Below are positions 52,101 through 60,300 of a DNA stretch of 64,000 nt, piece after piece. The notes beneath the pieces were generated by a model. That model was not told where the DNA came from. It saw only the letters and a program-made list of their open reading frames with translations, and searched no databases. The translations under genes were made by a program, and so were the position numbers. The DNA is from Promethearchaeota archaeon (GTDB lineage: Archaea > Asgardarchaeota > Lokiarchaeia > Sigyniarchaeales > SOKP01), in NCBI GenBank assembly GCA_048938855.1, contig JBHLLT010000001.1, positions 128,001 through 192,000 of the forward strand, read 5' to 3'. The first letter of the stretch is position 1. Each line of letters starts with the position of its first letter.

Positions 52101-54200
52101 CCCACATTGCTAAATCAATCCTCAGAATTTTTCAGAAAAATCGAAAGTGTTTATGTGAAGGATGCTGTAAATTTTACCCTTGTCTATACTGATGCACTTA
52201 GAGGAACTAAAATTGTCAACTTAAAGTCTCAATATTATGTGTGGGAACGTTATGATAGTGAGGGGAATGTAATTGAAAATGGTTATGGAGATATAATTAC
52301 TGCTATAGATAATACTTATATCTTGGATTTTAACACAGAATCCAGAGCTTTGGGTGATTATCTCTTAATTGTTACTTTAGAAAAACAAAATTATGATTAC
52401 AAAAATGCAATGATGCTTTTAACCATTAAGAAAAGAGAGATCAGTGAGCCTATTTTGAGTAATAATTTTCAAAATAGGAAAACGAGTGCAGTAAAAGGTA
52501 CTCCGGTTCCAATTCAAATAATCCTGACTGATCCTACTAAATATGATAGTAGATTATATAACGCTACAATAACTCTAACAATAAGGGGAAATCTCTATAA
52601 TTTTACGGAAATTGGAAATGGAACCTACATATTAAATTTTCCAACATATAATATAAATGCCTTTTTCGCATCAAATACACTCACAGGAACTATAAATATT
52701 ACAAAGGAAGACTATATTTCTCAAGAATTTAATATTATCATTGTTGTAGAGATGGAACAAATCTTTCCTGGTGTTCCTACATTCTATTTCTTACTAATAT
52801 TATCTGCAGTTCTTGCTATAGTTGGGAGCATTGTAGGATATAGAGTTGTCCATTATGCTAAAATACCCGCGTTCGTAAGAAAAGTAAGGGAAATTGAAAA
52901 AATCATTAAAAAAGATAAAAATATTTCAGAATCACTTTTATATAACGACAAAGAAGTATTAATAGCAGAAATTTTGAAAAAGGACTGGGCTAAAATTGGG
53001 TTATCAATAGAAAATGTACTTGGAATAACTGTTGAAAAAGAGGAAAAGAAATCAATATCAAAAAGAAGGGTCTCTAAAATAACTGAAGTACACGATAAGA
53101 AACCTCTTGGTTTATTAGTGATGAAATGGGACGAAAGAATTGGGACAGAAATTTTAGCTAAATATCCAAGAGATATTCAAATTTCAGAAAAAACTTTAAT
53201 GCAAGTTTATAGCACTCATGAATATAGTGGAGAAAAAGGAACAATAACATTATCCGCAGAAGTAACAAATGTATTATCTTATTATACAGGACCAGAACAA
53301 GGATATTATCTCATTTTACTCTTAAATACAGATGACGACCCTGATCTTTATGAAGGAGGAATGGCTGACATTTTAAGTGATGTGTTAGAAAATCTTGAAG
53401 ATGATTCTTATATTCAGATGATTCCAACACTTTTTCAGCGTATATCATTATATCCATCACTTAGTTCTGAAGAAATTCTTGCGCTAGCTTATCAAAACAA
53501 GGTTATAAGAACAATTATCAATTTGTTAAGAGAAGATGGAGTTATCACTAAATCAGAATTAAATATATTACTCAAAGATAAGTTTGTAGAGGGATTTTTC
53601 GATTTGGATGCAATTTTAACAGAACTTATAAAACTAGAAATTTTAAAAGTTAGTTCTGTTAAAAATATTCCCTCAGAACTAATTTTACTTACTACTGATA
53701 TTTTTATGGTAAGAGCTCCGCCTCTTAATTTGCTAGATAATCCGGCTAGTCATGGTTTACCTTCTCAATTTGCTAAGGAATACTCTAATGATGTTAAAGA
53801 ATTTTTCCAGAATTATCGACCTACAGAAGAAGATAATGTGAAAATTGTTGAGAACATTGTTAATCCACAAGTATATGAAACCTTAAAACTTTTAAGGACT
53901 GCAATAGTTACAAGGCAAGATCTTGAAAAACTTAGAAAGAAAGGAGTTGAAGATGTTTATAGTGTTTTGAAACTACTTTGGGATAACCAGATGATTAAGG
54001 TATTTCATGATGAGAAAAATATTGAATACTATGTTCTTCTTTCTGATTTTTATATTGATTATATTTTTCCAAAATACTTATTGAAAGCAGTAAAAATTGA
54101 ATATGAGCAAAAATCAAAAAATAAGAGAGTCTTGATTGAATATCTTAAAAACCTTGAAGAAGCTTATCTTAAATTAAAAGACATGGAAAAAATGAAATAA
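46182..54200 (+). CDS. Giant receptor-like surface protein A: 3x(DUF2341+LamG-like), beta-rich stalk, TM helix, cytoplasmic longin/uDENN-like + winged-helix tail
   Basis: N-terminal hydrophobic segment; three repeats of ITIDH..FP.L..DG.DIAF..LDH.IE..WV..P.LS..MYYGN followed by W.H...F.G.IDEVRIS..W..TEY.NQ; TM FYFLLILSAVLAIVGSIVGY near 52780-52840. Confidence 0.85.
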   Translation: MKIYRKLSEYKINSLLILLIFLIIPAILSTPLLTFQTSQRNEDEENIITPKLSSPSHANYFSFYKEITIDHNKVAGSSTYTDFPVLISITDTDLRVKSQVDGDDIAFAYDNNWLDHEIELFDQAFNSTHARLVAWVLVPSLSGITDTVIRMYYGNSTMNSQQNPSGVWIKDYRGVWHLDEQTGGTDAIIDSTSYSNDGTDVNSPQLGQNGQIYDSVGYTDSSGQRIQVADDTSLDISNELTVEAWINPSYNNKWMTIVSKMAGSWGGGLLSDFDIYVAVNDWGTFDIGLANPSDSYNEWQSSVYFSTGTWQHFVFTYQSSTSMGRIFVNGVFMESHDFGIGTIGTNGNPFYIGFNRGWTGEVFDGLIDEVRISSIPRSSGWIYTEYQNQNDPSSFYSIGSEKIVASTPPNADFFTFYKIISIDHNRVAGTGSHSNFPILLSLIDNDLRYHTQSDGDDIAFSIGGDWLDHEIELFNQSYSATHAQLIVWVQVPFLSTSTDTIITMYYGNSTMSSRENPNGVWSSDYVDVLHLKEDPSGTIYDSTSYSNDGSCLGSMNSLDLIPSKIGEGFELDGVDDMISVSESSSLDSISDGGTLSIWVKWVDPTAGRYQRVMTTSNRFLANPTPPPTLIQSDGFEWAVQPDGDHFFYPWGGDSIDYNLAINPFANSYWHYLVLTLKYSTKSVIIYLNGSALSLYTENVPTHWTQLANLDDWLWGGNNIATGDQFQGIFDEIRVSNVAHSSDWILTEFNNQNDPASFYSIGAEQLVLTNPVHSNFFNYYKIITIDHTKVNGIGSHINFPLLISLLDEDLHYDVQTDGYDIAFASDGKWLDHQIESFNQDYSGTEAELIVWVRIPFLSTAFDINITMFYGNSTMSSRENPSGVWISDYVGVWHLTEDPSDTPPQIKDSTEPPTDGSSSGTMSSSDQVTGIIDGALDFDGFDDYVDFGNTGEVQITGEFTVQAWFKADIFIDNDYLVAKHDGSGFRGWDLSLDDDPGINPDGWIMFRYSPDGTNMVTTGYERVTVGKWYQVVGIFKPNDYSKFFLNGTQVAITTTGVPSSMNDPPYPLRIARRSDSSASWFDGIIDEVRISNVARSNGWITTEYNNQFDPLSFYSVGLEQTSKPMIYVDAQINALDLYGNLLPNVTISMYKFTQLIERGITNINGIVSFTNIIEGDYNFTATIRSNLGDIVEIVNSTSQAIMLDQPFQTVDLVCDVSSHFFEIIDLDLNPVESGWIIVGNATHPLQKCIIDPTGHTTFWWVNVSPSTYNYTIYYKNPNYNPPIIELASGDITTVNATIQVQVELTTVGLIVQTINAPITPVSGAKLKLTLNNPLGPSIVNLTTNINGQANLRWLTSLEIGGDYSLQIEFFGANKLFNQSVGGPAEVNNISFTVTNQDYLEFRILIDLSKFQTELISLNPTDYIEVEWGTLLKLRMLFNVSKVEVGYESLLGPVYADSMSYTLLLGGSTVISGAFSMEENNEGRHFVDIDTKLLDSAESYIIIISAYKSGYTIPSDKIFQLNILENEVELNQSSNDDSDTQTYWSENVDITLNSYGSNSETLTVENLVFQSIDHEFDFLISDIETHWNLSKIVLNLYNISWNVGITDINVTIEDPYGYIYFFDNSTHLGWDYAQGTWTGIVLNLNRASRTNDNKFEFLISGTFDNTIDIIADAYFIRDKINVQYSKFNISNEISLLTKGEGWVISNITFEIFDCYDSSDWSVVDLSLTDLNITTNEGFTYSLDYGYPDGTGLLSIADSFIYPIGNQFLFTVETDPNIIFNAIIKVEYIQGFYRNQFLETLNCTKTERGITNGGSFQISASGSNWSEHEAILWIKNIKSGPTYYFPSEIAMNITIGGQKYSISDYASGIGTLSLSGFSKEQLLHAVIETSLMVDFTLLLSIQYSRLASYEIIGSLIYTIVEAPSIYGSVQYDSDLGYYLKTIDTSLLDADEYTVRFTVNKPHYKMTAKDFKLIVLNRPTLLNQSSEFFRKIESVYVKDAVNFTLVYTDALRGTKIVNLKSQYYVWERYDSEGNVIENGYGDIITAIDNTYILDFNTESRALGDYLLIVTLEKQNYDYKNAMMLLTIKKREISEPILSNNFQNRKTSAVKGTPVPIQIILTDPTKYDSRLYNATITLTIRGNLYNFTEIGNGTYILNFPTYNINAFFASNTLTGTINITKEDYISQEFNIIIVVEMEQIFPGVPTFYFLLILSAVLAIVGSIVGYRVVHYAKIPAFVRKVREIEKIIKKDKNISESLLYNDKEVLIAEILKKDWAKIGLSIENVLGITVEKEEKKSISKRRVSKITEVHDKKPLGLLVMKWDERIGTEILAKYPRDIQISEKTLMQVYSTHEYSGEKGTITLSAEVTNVLSYYTGPEQGYYLILLLNTDDDPDLYEGGMADILSDVLENLEDDSYIQMIPTLFQRISLYPSLSSEEILALAYQNKVIRTIINLLREDGVITKSELNILLKDKFVEGFFDLDAILTELIKLEILKVSSVKNIPSELILLTTDIFMVRAPPLNLLDNPASHGLPSQFAKEYSNDVKEFFQNYRPTEEDNVKIVENIVNPQVYETLKLLRTAIVTRQDLEKLRKKGVEDVYSVLKLLWDNQMIKVFHDEKNIEYYVLLSDFYIDYIFPKYLLKAVKIEYEQKSKNKRVLIEYLKNLEEAYLKLKDMEKMK
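49670..52915 (+). repeat. Copy 1 of a ~3.2 kb near-identical direct repeat (stalk + TM coding region)
   Basis: For example caaccattcgttcaaatctcggggatattgttgaaattgtcaattc occurs near 49717 and near 57871; similarity is collinear through ttcgtaagaaaagtaaggga. Confidence 0.9.
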
Positions 54201-54211
54201 TAATAAAACTA

Positions 54212-54221
54212 TTTTTTTTTT
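54212..54221 (+). terminator. Archaeal poly-T terminator (putative)
   Basis: T10 tract 11 nt after the stop of gene A; a matching tract follows gene B. Confidence 0.45.
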
Positions 54222-54365
54222 AAATTATTTTTAGCTTGTAAAATAACTATAATTAATAACTAATCTATATCCTTACAAACTTCAAATATAAATATGTAAT
54301 ACGCTATTCTTTTTTTAATATATATATTTTACACAAACTAATTTTATATTTGAATTTGATCAAAA

Positions 54366-57300
54366 ATGAAATCTAATAAATTTAGATCAATCAATACGAA
54401 AAAGAAGATTGAGGCACTTCTGTTCTTATTGTTCACAATTATAATCCCAATGTTAATTAGCACACCATTATTCTCAATATCACCATATAATGATTCTTTA
54501 AATAATAAAGATACTAACGATGATCTCAAAGAAAAACTGAATTTAAATGCTCCCCTCAATGCCCGTTATTTTGATCATTATAAATCAATAACGATAGATC
54601 ATACTCAAGTTTCAGGAGCGAGTGGTTTAATCAATTTTCCTTTTCTCATCTCAATTTTTGATACAGATTTACGTTTTGATGTACAATCCGATGGAGACGA
54701 TATTGCTTTTTCCTCCAATAATGTTTGGTTAGATCATGAAATTGAGTTATTTGATCAAACATATAATAGTACACATGCTAAACTTGTAGTTTGGGTTCGA
54801 ATTCCCGTACTCTCCGTTACTATTGATACTAATCTTAGAATGTACTATGGTAACTCCACAATGAATTCACGACAAAACCCAACTGGAGTATGGAATAGTA
54901 ATTATGTAGCGGTATGGCATATGAATCAAGATCCTTCATCTTCTAATATTTTAGATAGTACTTCAAATAATTATGATTTAACTACAACTGGATTTATAAG
55001 TGATACACGTATCTATAATGGAAAGGTAGGCACAGCAATTTCTGTTGATGGAAGTAATGATTATTTTTATATAAATAGTATCAATGGTCCTATTAATGAC
55101 ATGGCATTTCAAACTTGGTTTAAACCTGATAATAAGATCGATAATACCACCGCTAGAATGGATTTTTTCCAAGGTAATACACCTGATGTTTCACCAGAGA
55201 TGAGATTTACAACAAGTGGAACGGTTAATGTTTATTTAGAAGTAACTTCAGATAATAGTGAAGGATCTTATGGAATTACAGATTCCTGGGCCGCCGGTTC
55301 ATGGTCTCAATTTACTTATATAAGGGATATAAGCTTATCGAGAGCATATCATTATATAAATGGCACATTAGATGTAACAGATAGTAGCTCAGATAATGCA
55401 AATCCACACTTACCATGGAACCAATTTTCAATTTTAGCTGGGATTGGTGGATCAAATATTTGGGGTCCAGGGGCAATTTCAGAGTTTAGGATTCTAAGAA
55501 CTGTTCTTCCAAGCGGTTGGATATTAACAGAATATAATAATCAATATAATCCTAATTCTTTTTATACTATTGGAGAGGAAACTAGTGTTGTTTGGGAACC
55601 TCCTAATTCCCAATATTTCTCATATTATAAACTTATTACAATAGATCATAATGAAGTTTCTGGTAGTGGAATCCATAATAATTTTCCCTTTTTGTTTTCA
55701 TTTGTAGACAAAGATTTAAAATACCATGCTCAGCCAGATGGAGACGACATTGCTTTTGCTGCTAATGGTGATTGGTTAGATCATGATATTTTAATATTCA
55801 ATCAAACATATAGCAGCACAGAAGCTCAATTAACTGTATGGGTCCAAATTCCTAATTTATATTCTGATATAAATACAACTATTGCTATGTATTATGGAAA
55901 TTCAACCATGAGTTCTCGAGAAAACCCAGAGGGAGTTTGGGATAGTAATTATGAAGCTGTATATCATTTTGACAATGACTTTTTAGATGCCACCTCCCAT
56001 AATAGGGATGGAACAAATACAGGTTCTGTGAATGTCAAGGGGAAGATAGGGAATGGTCAAGATTTTGAACATGATGATTCAAGTGATAATATTAATATAG
56101 GAACGTGGAGCGTTTCGGGAAGTAAGATTACAATTCAAGCTTGGGTTAAATATGAATCTTTCGACTCAATTTGGTCAGGGTATAGTGATGCTCGTATTTT
56201 GTCTAAAAACTCAGGTACAAGTGATGGATCAGAATATCATGTTTGGATGCTCGGAACATATAATCAATCATTAACCAAAAACGGCCCGTATTTCTTGCGA
56301 GGAAGGATAAAGACTGGAGTTGATGATGCAGCTGGAACATCCACTGTAGAAGCTACATCAGGTCCTCTTTCAATCAATACATGGTATTTAGCTTCGATCA
56401 GATATGATGGCTCAAATATAAATCTTATTTTGGATGGAAACAATGTCTTAACATTAAGTAAAACAGGACCATTACGTGAAAATAATTGGCCAATTACAAT
56501 TGGAAATAGCCCAACGGGAGATAGACCTATTGATGCGATTATTGATGAGGTTAAAATTTCATCGACAACTAGATCAAATGATTGGTTAAAAACAGAATAT
56601 GATAACCAAAATGATCCTAGCACATTTGGTTCAGTAGGAGGAGAACAAATAGTAAATGATATTACTTCAAATGCTGATTATTTTGACTTTTATAAAATCA
56701 TTACTATTGATCACACAAAAGTTGATGGAACAGGAAGTCATGTTAATTTTCCTTTTTTGGTTTCGATTTTCGATAAAGATTTACATTTTGATGTTCAATC
56801 TGATGGAGATGACATTGCATTTTCATCTGATGGTAAGTGGTTAGATCATCAAATAGAATCATTTAATCAAAACTATAATAGTACACATGCTCAGTTAATT
56901 ACTTGGGTCCGTATCCCTTTTTTATCTACAGTAGAGGATACTGAAATAATCATGTACTATGGTAATTCTACTATGAATTCTCGTCAAAATCCAACTGGAG
57001 TATGGTTGGACTATAAATCAGTATGGCACCTTAATGAGCCAAGTGGAACGGGTGACTACATAAAAGATTCAACTTCAAATGGTTACGATGGAACCCCTTT
57101 TGGTACTCAATTTTCTGGAACAAGTATTATAGATGGAGCGAGATATTTTACAGGATCGGGTGATAATAGAATACTTATCAATCAAGGTTCTCAATTTTTT
57201 AATGGAGATCCTACATTTACATTTTCATTTTGGGTTTACCCAAATTATGCAACTGATGCAGAAATGGAAGCAACAGAAGGGAGAGTATTTTACAAACAAT

Positions 57301-60300
57301 CTTCTGTTAGAATGAATCGATTTTGGCGTCAAAATTGGATGCCTGCAGGTGATGCAAGATATCAATCTGATATTCAATTTACTACTTATGGTACGACATA
57401 TAATAATGTAGGGGTCAATCGGTTAAAATGGAACTATATTACATATTCCTATGATGGAACCTACCTAAAAACGTATGTTAATGGTTCACTAGGTCCTTCA
57501 TTAAATACAGGAGGATATCCGCTTATTGCAGATACAAGTTCCTTTTATCTTGGTGAAGCTTCAAATAGCTTTAAAGGATATTTAGATGAATTTAGGGTAT
57601 TAGATAGCTACAGATCTGATGGATGGGTTGCAACTGAATATAATAATCAATACAATCCTAATAACTTTTTCAATATAGGCAGTGAACAATATTCAAAACC
57701 GATTGTAGAAGTGGATGTTTCAGTTAATGCGTTGGATTTATATGGTAATTTGCTTTCTAATGTTACCATTTCAATGTACCAACATCTTGATCTAATAGAA
57801 CAAGATATTACGGGGATTGATGGTAATGTAAGTTTCACAAACATCATTGGAGGAGCCTATAATTTTACTGCAACCATTCGTTCAAATCTCGGGGATATTG
57901 TTGAAATTGTCAATTCTACATCTCAAGCAATTATGCTTGATCAACCATTTCAGACTGTTGATTTAATTTGCGATGTGAGTAGTCATTTCTTCGAAGTAAT
58001 TGATGTGGATCTTAACCCTGTTGAATCCGGATGGATTATAGTCGGGAACGCTACACAGCAGCTTCAAAAGAGTATAATTGATCCCATGGGGCACACTACA
58101 TTTTGGTGGGTCAATGCCTCTCCTTCTACGTACAATTACACGATCTACTACAAAAACCCCAATTATAATCCTCCTATAATTGAACTTGCTTCAGGCGATA
58201 TAACTACTGTTAATGCGACCATTCAAGTACAAGTTGAATTAACCACCATAGAGTTAATTGTACAAACTATTAATGCACCAATTACACCTGTTAGTGGCGC
58301 GAAACTTAAGCTGACTCTAAACAATCCATTAGGACCTAGTATTGTAAATTTAACCACGAATATATATGGGAAAGCAAATTTAAGGTGGTTAACCTCCTTA
58401 GAGATTGGGGGAGATTATTCACTTCAAATTGAATTTTTTGGATCTAATAAACTCTTTAATCAAACAGTTGGAGGTCCCGCTGATGTTAATAATATTAGTT
58501 TCACAGTAACTAACCAGGATAACTTGGAATTAAGAATCTTAATTGACCTGAGTAAATTTCAAACTGAATTAATATCGTTGAATCCAACGGATTATATTGA
58601 GGTCGAATGGGGCACGTTATTGAAGCTAAGGATGTTATTTAATGTGAGTAAAGTAGAAGCAGGGTATGAATCTCTTTTGGGACCAGTTTATGCAGATTCA
58701 ATGAGGATTACCTTGTTATTAGGGGGGAGTACCGTAATATCAGGAGCATTTTCCAAGGAACAAAATAATGAAGGGAGGCATTTTATAGAAATAGATACTA
58801 CACAACTTGATAGTGCATTGCGCTATATAATTATAATATCAGCCTATAAATCAGGTTACACCATTCCTTCTGATAGAATCCTACAATTAAATATTTTGGA
58901 AAATGAAGTAGAATTAAATCAATCAAACAACGATGATTCAGATACACAAACCTATTGGTTGGAAAGTGTGAATATGACATTAAATTCTTATGGCAGTAAT
59001 TCTGAAACTCTTACTGTAGAAAATCTGATCTTCCAAAGTATCGATCATGAGTTTGACTTTTTAATTTCTGATATAGAAACTCATTGGAATTTATCAAAGA
59101 TTGTATTAAATCTTTATAATATTTCTTGGAATGTTGGTGTTTCTGAGATAAACATTACTATTGAGGATCCTTTCGGAACAATATACTTTTTTAATAGTAC
59201 TACTCATTTGGGATGGGATTATGCTCAAGGTACATGGACAGGAATTATTTTAAATCTAAACAGAGCTAGTCTTACGAATGATAATAATTTTGAGTTTCTC
59301 ATCAGTGGTACCTTTGATAATACTATTGATATTGTTGCAGATGCTTATTTTATCAGGGACAAAATAAATGTACAATATTCAAAATTCAATATCAGCAACC
59401 AAATTTCCCTTCTAACTGAAGGAGAAGGATGGGTTATTAGTAATATCACCTTTGAAATCTTTGACTGTTATGATAGTTCCGATTGGAGTGTCGTAGATTT
59501 ATCAAGTCTTACCGACCTAAACATTACAACCAACGAAGGGTTCACATATTCATTAGATTATGGGTATCCAGATGGAACTGGTCTCTTAAGTATTGTCGAT
59601 TCCATTATATATCCTATCGGAAATCAATTCTTATTTACAGTTGAAGCGGGTCCTAATATCATTTTTAATGCCATTATTAAGGTGGAATATATTCAAGGCT
59701 TTTATAGGCATCAATATTTGGAAACTTTCAATTGTACAAAAACAGAACGAGGGATTACTAATGGAGGGTTGTTTCAAATAAGTGCTTTCGGGAGTAGCTG
59801 GAGTGAACATGAAGCTATATTATGGATTAAAAGCATAAAAAGCGGTCCAACTTATTACTTTCCTTCAGAGATTGCAATGAATATCACGATCGGAGGGCAA
59901 AAATTTAGTATTTCGGATTATGCTTCAGGAATAGGTACTTTATCCCTTTCAGGATTCTCTAAAGAACAACTCTTGCATGCAGTTATTGAGACCTCTTTAA
60001 CCGTGGATTTTACTCTTTTACTTTCAATTCAATATTCACGATTAGCCTCTTATGAAATATATGGTTCATTAATTTATACTATTGTTGAAGCCCCTTCTGT
60101 TTATGGTTCAGTGCAATATGATCCAGATTTGGGGTATTACCTAAAGGTAATAGATACTTCTTTACTTGATGCTGATGAGTATACTGTTAGATTCACGGTA
60201 AATAAACCCCATTATAAGATGACCACTAAAGATCTTAATTTAATCGTCTTAAATCGCCCCACATTGCTAAATCAAACCTCAGATTTTTTCAGGAAAATCG

